A model generated the notes under the pieces. It had not been told where the DNA came from and did not search any database. It worked only from the letters and a program-made list of their open reading frames with translations. DNA of 64,000 nucleotides, from IMG/VR virus record IMGVR_UViG_3300029952_000010, positions 4,368 to 68,367 of that record. One strand, written 5' to 3'. A program made the translations under genes and the position numbers. Within the stretch, counting starts at the first letter, position 1, and every line of letters starts with the position of its first letter. This DNA is from a virus. This document shows, piece by piece, positions 27,363 through 38,240 of the stretch.

Positions 27363-30300
27363 CTATACGCTAACTGTTATTGTTTGAGCGGAAACGTTAT
27401 ATACAAATTTAATAATTTCTGCGCCAACTCCTATACCATACGTTCCGTTTGCACCTGCAACAACTGCGTATCCGCTATATGAGGTTGAGGCTAATTCAGT
27501 ACCGCTAACAGATGGCAAATACGTACCAGAAGAACCGTTCATTATCATATTACTATTGGATGCTGACTGGTTTACATAAGCACCATTTATTGTGCTTGCA
27601 GAAGTATCACGCCCCGCTATAATAAATGTAAATGTAGGCTCGGCAGGATAATTAGCTATTAACTTCTGTATGTTAAATTCAAATCTTCTTGTGGGTTGAG
27701 GCGGATTAAAGTCACTTGATAATGCCCATGCATTTGCAGCATCAGTACTTCCATATGGTAAGAAGTTCTGACCTGTGTAAACTGGCTGCTGATAAACTGC
27801 TGTTGCACCCGGTGTATTTACATAAGCGTAAGCATTAATAGTAGTATTCGTTAGTATATCTATAACCAATATTCCTGTTGCCCCTGCTACACCCAGCGTA
27901 GTTACATTATAAGTAGCCGACTGGTCAAGTATTGTAAGTGTTGCAGAAGTAATAGTTGTATTGCTTGCACTTGATGTTACTTGAACGGTGATTACATCCC
28001 CGATATTGGTAGTCCCGCTTGCGCTTGTATAAGCGCCTCCATTAATACTATATTGACCACCCGTTATACTAATTGGGATAGGTGAAATATCAGCACCCAT
28101 AACAGTTATGCTATTTGATGTTTCGAGTGTGCTTAATGGTGCATTATTTACAGGTGTAAATGAGAATGCTTGTATATGTGCTGTTGTTGCCGTGAATGTA
28201 CCGTTTTGACCGTCGATTGTGAGTGTAGCTGACTCGGGTGTATTATATGATGATGAAGTCGTTAGTTGAACTGTCACAACGTCGCCTGCATTTGTATTTC
28301 CGGTTACAGACGTATAAGCGGATCCATTAATACTATATTGACCTCCTGTAATCGATATAGGTGCAGGTAATGTATTACCAGCAACAGTTATAGCATTTGA
28401 TGTAACTAAAGTATTTTCACTTTGACCAGTAAGGGAAGTAAATGAAAAAGGGTTAACCGTTTCACTGCCTGTTGTAACGCTAAAAGTCCCGCTTGTGCCC
28501 GATACGGTTAATACCGCATTGGTTTGTGTAGATTGGCTTGAACTCGTCGTAACTTGAACCGTAACCGTATCATTCGGGTTAACAGTACCCGGCGAAGATG
28601 TATAAGCACCACCATTTACGCTGTACTGCCCACCTGTTATACTAATTGCAACGGGGACATTATTCCCTGAAACTGATATTGAATTGGACGTTTCCAAAGT
28701 GCTTAGTGGCAATCCTACCAATGGCGTAAATGAGAAAGGATTAACCGTAGTCGTCCCTGCTATCCACGTAAGGCAAACATTCTGCGTTACAACACCCGAA
28801 CCGGGGTTGAATTGAAACGTGCCGACAGTATTTCCGACGAATGCTCCTGTTGGGGTGTATGTAGCTATTCCTGTTGTGTCGTTATATGAAACGGTTGCAT
28901 TTGTGGGGTTAGTTACATCTGATATGCCACTTGGAGGAATGGTATAAGCGTTTGCTACCTGCCAGTCTGTATTGTTAAAAGTCCAAAGAACGACAACACT
29001 TGACTGAGCCTGTATGCAGGTTAGTAATTCCTCGTAAAAGTCATTGTAGTATTGTGGTATCTTAACACCCGATAATGCCGCCTGCCTGATTGCGCTTTTA
29101 AAGAACTTAGACATCTTTTTAGGGATAGGCAAAACATCGGTAGATTCTATTTTAACAGGCAGAAAATTATTGCCGTCAATCATATATGCCACATCAAATC
29201 GGGTACAAAAACTTTCCTTAAAGTTACCTATACCTATTTCTTTAGCCTCATACCTACCGTTATTTAGCAATTTATTGGATATGCTTTCCTGTTCATCTTC
29301 TGCGTTTAGTTGGGTGTAGGTAATATTTACGGGAATATAGAATATAGATTGTTTCTGAATAGCCAATAACACATCGCCACGCTGCCATAATACCATAATA
29401 CCGCCCTTTGATGAAGATGTTTCACCGTCACCGTCGCCATATATATTGCCCTGATAAAAAGTATTTAATCCGTTTACTTTACTTCCTGTAATATATGCCT
29501 GACTGGTAATTATTGATGCCGCCCTATCTGTTTGTTCCAATTCGTCGTAATAAGTGCGGACACGACCAAAACTACTAAATGCTGATTGGTAAAAATCTGA
29601 ATAGTTCAAGTCGGTAGCAAGGTATTCAATCGGCGGGTTTGAATATGGCGAAATTGCATCTTCGTAAACCCTTGTCTTATAATATGCGCCACCGTCATTA
29701 ATTATGCCGCTTGTTTTGTCAAATGCGCCGTTTGTTATGGTTATTAAATCCCCTATCTCGTACCAAACTGTTGTGTTTTGATTTGTTGATGCTGCCTGAT
29801 TGTTTGGCGAAGGTGAGTAAAGACGAAGAAAGGTGTTTAGCCCATCTAATGCGCTTGTATCAAACGTTGCAGACTTCTCCATCTTAACAAGATAGTTTGT
29901 AGGGTCAAAGCCTAAAACGGAAAGATTTACGCAAGGGTTGTTAATGTAAACAGGTGAACCGCCGTTGATGTAGTAATGTAAGGTACACCTGTCCCCTGCT
30001 GCATAATCGTATGAAAGTACTGTATTTACACCCTCATTTGAATATTGCTGATTGAACAGGTTGAGTGGGTTTATGCAAAATGCAAGTATACTGCCTGTAC
30101 TTGTCAAATCCCCAAAATCCTTATTGATTATCCCCCAAAACTTACCGTTCCACATAATATAGTCGGATGTGTTGTAAGCCTCGCCGTTACCTAAATTGGT
30201 GTAATGTGCTGTATCTGTCGGGTCGCAAGGGGTCGTTATCTGATAGGTGTCACCAACATTATACGTTCCTGTTAGTGATAGTGATGGCGAGTTCGCTTTC

Positions 30301-32057
30301 GCATCCCAACTTGATATATAGTGAACAACTACCCCCGAAACATCGAGCAATTTATCAACTGGTGGCTTTGTAATAACCCATTGCGCATCTACAGCACCTG
30401 TTGGTGGCGCTGATTGAATAGCCCATGTGATTTGTATGGCGTTGCCGTTTACCTGTGCATAAGACGGGGTTGGTATGATATAAGTATTGTCCGTACAAAG
30501 CGGTAAAAAACGTTGCTTGCTGTCACGGAACGACAAGGCAAGTTGATATACTGTATTATCTAATGCTGTTGGGATAGAATTTGCTACCGTTGCGCCAGCA
30601 TAAAATAATTGAATGCTATTTGATTGCATCCCGTAATACGGTTGGTCTACCCAATCAATGGTATAACTACTGCCATTCATTGCATAGCTTGAATTAGGTA
30701 ATTTAGCCGCAAAAGAAGCTACCACAGCACCTAAGTTTCCTGTTTGAGAAGATGGCACAGTATACGAATAGGTCAGCGTAGACGAAGCATTATGTATGTC
30801 AGCATCTGTGACCGTAATAACATCGCCTGTCACGGGAATACCCGTTACCGTTAATGTCATTAGGCGTTTATGGTTTCCCTCACCACTATTGGACTCGCCA
30901 TAAAATGCCCCTGTGATTTTAAAAGGATTGGTTCGCCCAGTTAATGGTATAGTGATATTTGGGTTATACCCAACTGCCCCTGCCACGATCTGCACAGATG
31001 GACGAGGATAAAGTGTAGAAAAATTACCTAAAGCAATGTAGTTTCCGTTAATCTTTGCCCCTGCTTCGGACGGCCATATATAGTCGTAAGTTTGGTTCGT
31101 CTGTGTATCAGGAACAGGTATCTTAACTGAATTATTATAAAAAGCGAAACTGTACAAGTTGGTTGATGGGTCGTATGCCTCGTAAACCTCTGTTGCTACG
31201 CTTACAGATGTGTTTGGTAATGCCAACACATAAGCCCTATCCACACTTTTAATGATGTAGAAACTGTCTGTACCAAAACGAGCTGCAATATTGGTAGTAA
31301 CTACCCTTATGCTGCCCATGTATACTGAAACAATAATATAATTGTTCTGCGTAACATCAGCTCCTGCTATCGGTGTATTTTGTTGGTACGGAACAACCCT
31401 TGCGCTCCATGTACTCCATGCTGAATAATTGTAATCAGCGTTAATGTATTGGCAATTGAATTGAGGCAGATAGCCAAAAAGGTAATTGGCAGGCTGTCCC
31501 GCATCGTTCCCATAAGTACCTGTTGGCGGAAATGGGCATTGTGGTTTTAAGAGGGATAGGTCTTCGGGCAAAACAGTACCATACCCGCCTGATGCGAGGG
31601 TTTTAAGGTTGCAATATCCGACTTCTAAGCCTTTAGCCCACCACACAAGGTATGTTGAGTTTATCAGTTCACAATTAACCCAATTCTGAGGATTAAGTGG
31701 TAGTAATGTTTCGCCCGCTGAATTTGTTAAGTCGGTATAGATAACAGATAAAGTATTCGTAGCATTATCATATAGCAAAATCTCGTTATTCCCGTTTGAG
31801 TTATACCTAAAGGCTATTATCTGTCCTGTATCGGTAAATTTATTTCCACCTATAACATCGTTAATTCCGGGCAGTAAAGCGCCGCCTATGGCAACCATAT
31901 CCTCTATGGAAGTGGATTTACCTGCTTGCTGATTGGCTGTACCTGATGTGCGTAGGTTTCTGCGTAACGGGCTATCGATATTACCCTCGATATACTCAAT
32001 GGCATCGTCCTGATTCAGTCCTCCGTTAGCGGGCGCAATTAAGTCTGTTATCTCCAT
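27363..32057 (-). CDS. Tail stabilisation/muzzle-like protein with appended Ig-like repeats
   Basis: 1564 aa, GGLNQDD start, VNGLNTF motif, follows ring proteins. Confidence 0.7.
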   Translation of the reverse strand: MEITDLIAPANGGLNQDDAIEYIEGNIDSPLRRNLRTSGTANQQAGKSTSIEDMVAIGGALLPGINDVIGGNKFTDTGQIIAFRYNSNGNNEILLYDNATNTLSVIYTDLTNSAGETLLPLNPQNWVNCELINSTYLVWWAKGLEVGYCNLKTLASGGYGTVLPEDLSLLKPQCPFPPTGTYGNDAGQPANYLFGYLPQFNCQYINADYNYSAWSTWSARVVPYQQNTPIAGADVTQNNYIIVSVYMGSIRVVTTNIAARFGTDSFYIIKSVDRAYVLALPNTSVSVATEVYEAYDPSTNLYSFAFYNNSVKIPVPDTQTNQTYDYIWPSEAGAKINGNYIALGNFSTLYPRPSVQIVAGAVGYNPNITIPLTGRTNPFKITGAFYGESNSGEGNHKRLMTLTVTGIPVTGDVITVTDADIHNASSTLTYSYTVPSSQTGNLGAVVASFAAKLPNSSYAMNGSSYTIDWVDQPYYGMQSNSIQLFYAGATVANSIPTALDNTVYQLALSFRDSKQRFLPLCTDNTYIIPTPSYAQVNGNAIQITWAIQSAPPTGAVDAQWVITKPPVDKLLDVSGVVVHYISSWDAKANSPSLSLTGTYNVGDTYQITTPCDPTDTAHYTNLGNGEAYNTSDYIMWNGKFWGIINKDFGDLTSTGSILAFCINPLNLFNQQYSNEGVNTVLSYDYAAGDRCTLHYYINGGSPVYINNPCVNLSVLGFDPTNYLVKMEKSATFDTSALDGLNTFLRLYSPSPNNQAASTNQNTTVWYEIGDLITITNGAFDKTSGIINDGGAYYKTRVYEDAISPYSNPPIEYLATDLNYSDFYQSAFSSFGRVRTYYDELEQTDRAASIITSQAYITGSKVNGLNTFYQGNIYGDGDGETSSSKGGIMVLWQRGDVLLAIQKQSIFYIPVNITYTQLNAEDEQESISNKLLNNGRYEAKEIGIGNFKESFCTRFDVAYMIDGNNFLPVKIESTDVLPIPKKMSKFFKSAIRQAALSGVKIPQYYNDFYEELLTCIQAQSSVVVLWTFNNTDWQVANAYTIPPSGISDVTNPTNATVSYNDTTGIATYTPTGAFVGNTVGTFQFNPGSGVVTQNVCLTWIAGTTTVNPFSFTPLVGLPLSTLETSNSISVSGNNVPVAISITGGQYSVNGGAYTSSPGTVNPNDTVTVQVTTSSSQSTQTNAVLTVSGTSGTFSVTTGSETVNPFSFTSLTGQSENTLVTSNAITVAGNTLPAPISITGGQYSINGSAYTSVTGNTNAGDVVTVQLTTSSSYNTPESATLTIDGQNGTFTATTAHIQAFSFTPVNNAPLSTLETSNSITVMGADISPIPISITGGQYSINGGAYTSASGTTNIGDVITVQVTSSASNTTITSATLTILDQSATYNVTTLGVAGATGILVIDILTNTTINAYAYVNTPGATAVYQQPVYTGQNFLPYGSTDAANAWALSSDFNPPQPTRRFEFNIQKLIANYPAEPTFTFIIAGRDTSASTINGAYVNQSASNSNMIMNGSSGTYLPSVSGTELASTSYSGYAVVAGANGTYGIGVGAEIIKFVYNVSAQTITVSV
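27898..28746 (-). repeat. Three ~93-aa tandem beta-sandwich repeats
   Basis: FSFT....ST..TSN.I.V.G....ISITGGQYS.NG.AYTS x3. Confidence 0.85.
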
Positions 32058-32848
32058 TACGCTTTAGCTACTAATTTCCAACTTGCCCGTTCTGCATTTT
32101 GCAGGTCGGTGATATTTGCAGGATTGATACGAACTTTTGACTTGCGTTTTTCGTTGTAGTACTCCCGTCTTGCATTTTTGCATAAAGATGCGGGGTATTT
32201 CTTAGGCAAATCAGCCATATTTTGCCACCTTAACCAATAGACCATAGCTTCGGCACAATCAATAGGTATCATATAATCCCCTGTTTCATCATCAAATCCA
32301 TCGGTCATACCTTCAAAAACTACCTGAGAATACGGGAATTTACTATCTATTACGATTATACCGTTCTGAATGTCAATATTGTAACGTCCTATTGTTGGCG
32401 TACCGCCCGATGCCCCGTAAAGGTTGAATGATGTGCCGCCTGAATAAAAATTAAGGTAGGTCAAACCAAAGCCATAAGGGTAACCCGTAGGGACTGCATC
32501 TGAATAAGAAAAATTGTTTATTCTAGGTAGCCCCGCAAGTCTGTCGGTCTGATTAAAGTATATACCATGATAGGTATTTAATTGGTCATTTAGCTTTAAA
32601 GGCACTATTTCGCCAATTTCGTTGATTAAACCTATCTTTGAAAACTTAGTACACCATGTTGGTATCTCAACCGTTTTGTTAGGGTTAATATCTAAAACAA
32701 CCGTTCTAAACCCACCCATTATATCGAGGTTAAATTCGTTTTCTATGCACCTACGTCCGATGTGGTAAATTCTTGTGAATGCATGGTCACTTAGGTCTGC
32801 TGAGAGTAAGAAATCGGCAACAATCTGCTTGAGTGGTTTAGTCAACAT
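32057..32848 (-). CDS. Tail ring/adaptor protein
   Basis: Position after capsid genes; YMIP, YYNEKR motifs. Confidence 0.55.
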   Translation of the reverse strand: MLTKPLKQIVADFLLSADLSDHAFTRIYHIGRRCIENEFNLDIMGGFRTVVLDINPNKTVEIPTWCTKFSKIGLINEIGEIVPLKLNDQLNTYHGIYFNQTDRLAGLPRINNFSYSDAVPTGYPYGFGLTYLNFYSGGTSFNLYGASGGTPTIGRYNIDIQNGIIVIDSKFPYSQVVFEGMTDGFDDETGDYMIPIDCAEAMVYWLRWQNMADLPKKYPASLCKNARREYYNEKRKSKVRINPANITDLQNAERASWKLVAKA

Positions 32849-32850
32849 CT

Positions 32851-33489
32851 CTAATTCGGATTAGTTTGTAAATTCTCAATAGTAGGGCGTGGCTTTTGCT
32901 CGGTCATCATAAGTCGCTGAACAACCGAAGCGACAATTTCCGATTCATAGTTCTTAGGGCAATTAATGATTGTGTCGAGTAGATTAGTACCACTTGGTAT
33001 TGAACCAATCATATTAATATTTACCGAACCAAATGAAAACTCTGTAAAGTTATCATATACAATTCGGTTATTTTGGATATAGTATAACACGACACCCCCT
33101 ATCTTTGGCAGAAAGTTTTGCATGAACCTATCCTTGTTTTTTATCGGTATAACCTGTACGTTTCGTGCGCCATTAGGTATTACCGCTTGAATTTCCTGAT
33201 TATTTGGCAAAGCGGCAGGTGTTGCTGGAAGTGTGGTATATTTCACTTTCAGCACAGAATCATACAAGACAGGCAAAGCTGTATATGTCGAAATGAACAT
33301 ATCGTTGCTGAAGGTAGTTTCACCCGAATTTGAGTTCTCAAAAGCATTACGTGTCGCCTTTGCCGCAATTTCTTCAGCTACTACCTGCGCTACAAAATTC
33401 AAACGGAACTTTGCATCAGCAGGCGGTACACCTCTGTAAAAAGTGGTGAGGGCTACTTCGGAAATTGAACGATATGTTGTGCCTGCCAT
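32851..33489 (-). CDS. Tail ring/adaptor protein
   Basis: Position; helix-beta-helix layout. Confidence 0.55.
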   Translation of the reverse strand: MAGTTYRSISEVALTTFYRGVPPADAKFRLNFVAQVVAEEIAAKATRNAFENSNSGETTFSNDMFISTYTALPVLYDSVLKVKYTTLPATPAALPNNQEIQAVIPNGARNVQVIPIKNKDRFMQNFLPKIGGVVLYYIQNNRIVYDNFTEFSFGSVNINMIGSIPSGTNLLDTIINCPKNYESEIVASVVQRLMMTEQKPRPTIENLQTNPN

Positions 33490-33491
33490 TG

Positions 33492-34382
33492 TTATTTAAC
33501 TATTTGCATTGATGTATCGGCAAATTGCTCGACGTCTTGCGCCCCAGTATTAACCCCAATATCCCGTAAACATAAATATATTATTTGGTCTATATCAACT
33601 GTGTTCCAAAGTGGTTGAACGCTATTTTGTGCTGAATAAACAGGTCTGTTATTAACAGCTATCGTAGCGACGCTAATTAAAAAACCGCCACCTGTACCGC
33701 CTATTGAGGTATTCGGTGCTGATAAAACATCACCAACCAAATAGCCGATGCCTGTATTCTGTATAACCACGCTTGTAACCACACCGCCCGCAACTGTTAT
33801 GTTCGCCGTAGCGTTATTGCCAATACCGCCCTGCAATGGTACGGAAAGGTATGTCCCGTTAGTATAAGCAGCGCCACCAACCAATGTGCCAACCGTAGTT
33901 ATTGAACCTGCCAATGTATATCCCCAAAAAGATGTTGTAAGCATATATAAGGCATCCAAATTAGCAGAGCTTAACGTTATAGGATAGAACTGCAAATATG
34001 CGGGATATGGCGTGTAAATAGGGTTGTTAACAGTAGGGGCGTCAAAGGCAGATGATAGGTAACTTGGCACTTCGTTTTTCTCTGCTTTGGTAACAGGAAT
34101 ACCGCTTGCCGATATGGTATCTATGCGTAACAAATTAGTAGGTATAGGCGCATGTCCTGAACTGTCAATTGTTAGCGTACTTGTTGCTGAAAAAACGCTT
34201 AATCCCTCGCTTGATCGCCTGTCCATAGGGTAACGCTCATACAGTTTGTTGAAATATGAAATCTCTGCTGCGGGGAAAAGTAGATTAAAGTCGTCAGGCG
34301 ATATGTACCCGTTATAGCCATTTTTGTCGGCTCTGTATTTAAGCCTGCTGTATGCTTGGTCTATGGATAACGGTTTTGCCAT
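33492..34382 (-). CDS. Tail ring/adaptor protein with Gly-rich beta insertion
   Basis: K...GYISPDDFN start; inserted GGVVTSVVIQNTGIGY..GD domain; TATATTTG at 34387-34394 favours ATG 34382. Confidence 0.6.
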   Translation of the reverse strand: MAKPLSIDQAYSRLKYRADKNGYNGYISPDDFNLLFPAAEISYFNKLYERYPMDRRSSEGLSVFSATSTLTIDSSGHAPIPTNLLRIDTISASGIPVTKAEKNEVPSYLSSAFDAPTVNNPIYTPYPAYLQFYPITLSSANLDALYMLTTSFWGYTLAGSITTVGTLVGGAAYTNGTYLSVPLQGGIGNNATANITVAGGVVTSVVIQNTGIGYLVGDVLSAPNTSIGGTGGGFLISVATIAVNNRPVYSAQNSVQPLWNTVDIDQIIYLCLRDIGVNTGAQDVEQFADTSMQIVK

Positions 34383-34464
34383 GTACCAAATATACAAATT
34401 TTCATTAAACAAAAAAGCGGAAACTTTTTACATTCCCGCCTCCGATTATGAAAACTAACTAAAC

Positions 34465-35334
34465 TTATTCCGCTGTAACCATATCTTTAATGCGGTTCGC
34501 CGCTTCTTTTACTTTTTCATCGCCATTACTCCATTGCGCTGTTAATTCGTCAACAGCGTCCCTGCCAGTATCTATCTTGCAGATTACGGCGCCTGTTTCC
34601 CAGCTTACATGTCCTTGTATAATGGTTGTATTTATTACGCCTGCCTGCAATGCCTTTAAGAAGTTAAAGCGAACTTCAACTTTAGGGTCTAACAACGAGC
34701 GCATAAACGCACTTGGGTTCTCTTTTGATTTTAACACCAATAAGGTGCGTATTGAATGTGAAGATTGCTCTGTATCAATACCGTATAATGAGGCAATTGA
34801 TAGCATCTTTTCTTCGGTCATCTCACGGGCAGCCTTCTCAGCCTCAAATGCGCTGTCCAAACCTTCCTGTACCTTTTTATTGTGCTCTTCCTGGTCTATC
34901 AGGAAATAAACGGCAGGGTGTCCGATGTTATATTTATTTTTACAGCCTGCAAATGCATCCTGCACCTCTAACGCCGCCAATTTAGCGGGTTCAGTACTAT
35001 CAACATGAAGCAATCCTTTTTTGAACTGTAAATCGTTCCTGCTATCATTTATCTGCGATAATGATAACTCATCAGGCTGGTCTTTAACCCAAATTGACTT
35101 TTGGAATGAGTGTATGTAACGCCACTCCTCTAATAATCCACTTTCAGGGTTTATAGCATGTCCGCCATTTGCCACGCCTTTGATAGCGGGATAGGGTGAA
35201 CGCTTTTCGCCTGTTTTACCGTCCGTTGGTATTGCGGATGAGTTTATAGGGAATAATTCAAAGGTTTTGCGTGTACGCTTGGTCAATACCGCTGCTGGTG
35301 CTGACTTTTTTACGAAATTGGGATTGCCTGCCAT
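34465..35334 (-). CDS. Conserved morphogenesis-region hypothetical protein
   Basis: WRY....SIWVKDQ, F..GLL.V, NP..F; follows major capsid gene. Confidence 0.65.
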   Translation of the reverse strand: MAGNPNFVKKSAPAAVLTKRTRKTFELFPINSSAIPTDGKTGEKRSPYPAIKGVANGGHAINPESGLLEEWRYIHSFQKSIWVKDQPDELSLSQINDSRNDLQFKKGLLHVDSTEPAKLAALEVQDAFAGCKNKYNIGHPAVYFLIDQEEHNKKVQEGLDSAFEAEKAAREMTEEKMLSIASLYGIDTEQSSHSIRTLLVLKSKENPSAFMRSLLDPKVEVRFNFLKALQAGVINTTIIQGHVSWETGAVICKIDTGRDAVDELTAQWSNGDEKVKEAANRIKDMVTAE

Positions 35335-35347
35335 ATTGGTTTTTTAA

Positions 35348-35375
35348 TAGGGGCGCAACTCTCGCCACGCCCCTA
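35348..35375 (-). terminator. Hairpin after major capsid gene
   Basis: TAGGGGCG/CGCCCCTA stem; weak U-tract. Confidence 0.5.
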
Positions 35376-35382
35376 ATTAATA

Positions 35383-36750
35383 TTAAGTTGTTTTTGTTAA
35401 AATAGCATACTGTGATGCCCCGTTCACCCTTGCGCCAAAATAGCCAATGATGGTACGTACTTTCTCAGCAGTTGTGCTTGTTGGTGTTTCTGCAAACAAA
35501 CCTGTTTCAGCATAATGCCATTTTTGGTTGTTCACGCCACCGGGTTTTTGATACATCACGGTAAAGCGAGGTAACATAACCTGTGATTGCGCTAAGTTAT
35601 CGCCCTCTCCGCCCATTTTCTTACCACGAGGGATAAACAATGAGAAGTTTTGACGTAAACCTAAGCCTGACGAACCGAAAGTAGTCTGCTCATCAAATAT
35701 GCTGTAAGGTATCAAGTTGTACTTACGACGGAAAATCTGAATAGATTTAAAGTCACGTTTGAAATCGATACCGCCACCTGTACGCCCGTTGTTATCATAA
35801 ATGATAGCGCCGTTGTTGTACTCTGTAGATAGTGAGTTCTGCATATCCTGAGAAGCGTAGCTGTCTTGCAGAATGTCATACTCACCCGGTGCGCCCATGC
35901 TATCCAATGCACGGCTCATGCCTCCTAATGTTGAAGCGACGCCAAACGTGTTATAAGTTAAGTTGATACCGTTAGCCTGTACCTGTGGTATAATACCGTT
36001 GGTAGAGCTTTCGCCTGTACTTAACTGGTTGGCTTGTTTACCTTCCATAAGCAGGTATTCACGCTCATATAGCGCCATTAAGTTGTCGTTTGCTGCTTGG
36101 AAATAATCCCATGCGTAACGACCATCAAATTCAAACTCGATCTTCTCAGCTAAACCTTGGTCGGTAATATCAGCGTCCTTACGTAACTGAGTTACAAAGT
36201 TGCTGTATTTATCAACTGTTTTGATACGGGTATTGGTTTTGCCGCTACCTTCGCCAACTGCAATATAGCCCATAACCAAAAACTCATTACCTATTGCGTA
36301 AGATGCATTATCAGTTGTGTTAAACGGTGTTGCTGTTACGGTGTGAGCATTTGCAGTAGCTTTGTTAACTGCGGTAATTTCAAGTTCTACGCCCGTTTGC
36401 GCATTACGGATTTTCATGCCAACATCAGGTGAAGATACTGTTCCCGAACCCCAATAGTAACCTGCTGCTACCGTTAAGGTAATCGCTGCACCTGCTGATA
36501 CTGTTTGGGTGTTTGACGAGGCGACATAATCCATGTTGCGACCGTGTTCTTCATACCATAAGAACTGTTTGTTGGTACTTTCCATCTCATTGCCTTCCAA
36601 CTCTGAAACGAGCATATAGGGCAAGAAATTAAATTTTTGTAAGAACTGTTCGTAAGCGTGTACGTTTACGACGTTCAATATATTGATTAGCCCCGAACGG
36701 GTGACCTGTGGGGCACTATAACTTGCTGGGGTGGTAACTGGTATTGCCAT
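35383..36750 (-). CDS. Major capsid protein
   Basis: 455 aa; FLWYEE, EGSG, N..TQLRK, GIIPQV; between scaffold and hairpin. Confidence 0.8.
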   Translation of the reverse strand: MAIPVTTPASYSAPQVTRSGLINILNVVNVHAYEQFLQKFNFLPYMLVSELEGNEMESTNKQFLWYEEHGRNMDYVASSNTQTVSAGAAITLTVAAGYYWGSGTVSSPDVGMKIRNAQTGVELEITAVNKATANAHTVTATPFNTTDNASYAIGNEFLVMGYIAVGEGSGKTNTRIKTVDKYSNFVTQLRKDADITDQGLAEKIEFEFDGRYAWDYFQAANDNLMALYEREYLLMEGKQANQLSTGESSTNGIIPQVQANGINLTYNTFGVASTLGGMSRALDSMGAPGEYDILQDSYASQDMQNSLSTEYNNGAIIYDNNGRTGGGIDFKRDFKSIQIFRRKYNLIPYSIFDEQTTFGSSGLGLRQNFSLFIPRGKKMGGEGDNLAQSQVMLPRFTVMYQKPGGVNNQKWHYAETGLFAETPTSTTAEKVRTIIGYFGARVNGASQYAILTKTT

Positions 36751-36775
36751 TTTGTTTTCTTTTTAAGTGGTTTGA

Positions 36776-37825
36776 TTAATTGTTCCTATCTCCCACCATT
36801 TGCCACGGATTTTTTGGCGCCCCCCTCTGTCCGCTTGTACCCGGCGTAAAGTTGAGGTTCTTAATATCTTCGGCTATAACTGCCTTTTTACCTGCCTCTT
36901 TCCCTGCGGTAAATGCGGATGTGACAATGTTCTTAATGTTCCGCAACTGGTGCATATCCTTTGCTATCCTTGCGGGATTAAGTTTGCCCGATTCATCTCG
37001 CCAACCCATTTCTGTAAATGTTTTAGCAGGGTCGTAGTTGCGCATTTCTGTTGACATTAATGCCCGTTCTTCTTCGGTTATCTTGTAGGGAACTTCCTCG
37101 CCCTCTACTTCAAACTTGTAATCATCAACGGTTGGCATTGTGCTGTCAACATACTGCTCCCATTCTTTACGCTGTGCTGCGAGTGCTTGCTCATCAGGTT
37201 GCGTTTCAGCGGGTGCTTGCTGTTGTATTTTAGGCAGTTCTATGGTTTCTTTTTGTTTATTTAATGCGATACGGGCATCTGAGCCATGCATAGCCAATAG
37301 GTCTAATGCTGATTCTACCGCATCGTTATGGGCGTTAGCCTTATCGATTGCCGATGTGTCGTCAGGGTCAATTTGCGCTACGTCGATACGGTCAAATGAT
37401 TTTCCGTATTTAGACTTAACCTCTAAATCGATACGCTTGTCGTTCCATTCAGGATTAACCTTGCGTAAATTCCACTTGATAACGTCCATATCGGACATAT
37501 TATCGTAGTTGCGCCGTTTTTCTTCAAGGTAATTGGCCAATGCATCTTCTTTGCCCGCTTGCAACTCCTCGTATATCTTACGGGATGTTTCGTTGGTAAA
37601 GGTTGGTTGTACTTCTTTAATGACCTCAACCTCTTTTATTACTTCACGAACTTGCGGCTCTGTTGGAGTTGCGGGGGTTTCTACTATTGGAGTCTCTACA
37701 ACCGGCACTGATTCTACCAATGTAGTTTCGGTGCTTGCAGGGGTATTATCCACAATAGGTTGCTCTATAAGGGTTGGTGTGCCGCTTGCTACGGTCTGCC
37801 AGGGGTCATTAGTCGGTTCTGCCAT
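36776..37825 (-). CDS. Capsid scaffolding protein
   Basis: Acidic, P/E/T-rich N-terminus, helical, IKNLNF near end, just upstream of MCP. Confidence 0.65.
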   Translation of the reverse strand: MAEPTNDPWQTVASGTPTLIEQPIVDNTPASTETTLVESVPVVETPIVETPATPTEPQVREVIKEVEVIKEVQPTFTNETSRKIYEELQAGKEDALANYLEEKRRNYDNMSDMDVIKWNLRKVNPEWNDKRIDLEVKSKYGKSFDRIDVAQIDPDDTSAIDKANAHNDAVESALDLLAMHGSDARIALNKQKETIELPKIQQQAPAETQPDEQALAAQRKEWEQYVDSTMPTVDDYKFEVEGEEVPYKITEEERALMSTEMRNYDPAKTFTEMGWRDESGKLNPARIAKDMHQLRNIKNIVTSAFTAGKEAGKKAVIAEDIKNLNFTPGTSGQRGAPKNPWQMVGDRNN

Positions 37826-38033
37826 TTTTTATGATTTATCAGTCCGTGCTATCCTCAATATTCGGCTTGTTTGGTAACAAATATAAATAAGCGATACAAT
37901 TAATTAATTATACATTTTTATAGTATTGCTATTGCAATATTGAAAATAATGTTTTACCTTTATTTTATTGTGATACAGGTTTAGGTTGGCGAACGAGATG
38001 CGATATTGAGTTCGCCTTTTTTTAAATTATAAA

Positions 38034-38240
38034 ATGAGTAAAAACAAACAAACGATTATAGGCAAGCAAATACAAGAGGCAAGGATAGCCAAAGGGTATA
38101 AAAATCAGGCTCAATTAGCAGTTAAGTTAAATATGTCGGTAGACACGATTGCGGGGCTTGAAAGTGGGCGTAAAAAAAGCACTTCTCTAACCATGCTGCA
38201 ACTTATTGGTAAAGAGTTGGGGATAACTTTTGAGATATGA
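38034..38240 (+). CDS. XRE-family HTH regulator
   Basis: IQEARIAKG..QAQLA.......IAGLESG. Confidence 0.85.
   Translation: MSKNKQTIIGKQIQEARIAKGYKNQAQLAVKLNMSVDTIAGLESGRKKSTSLTMLQLIGKELGITFEI

Noticed and set aside
20226-37877. Many plus-strand ORFs opposite structural genes
   Set aside because: Antisense shadows of long minus-strand genes with implausible composition
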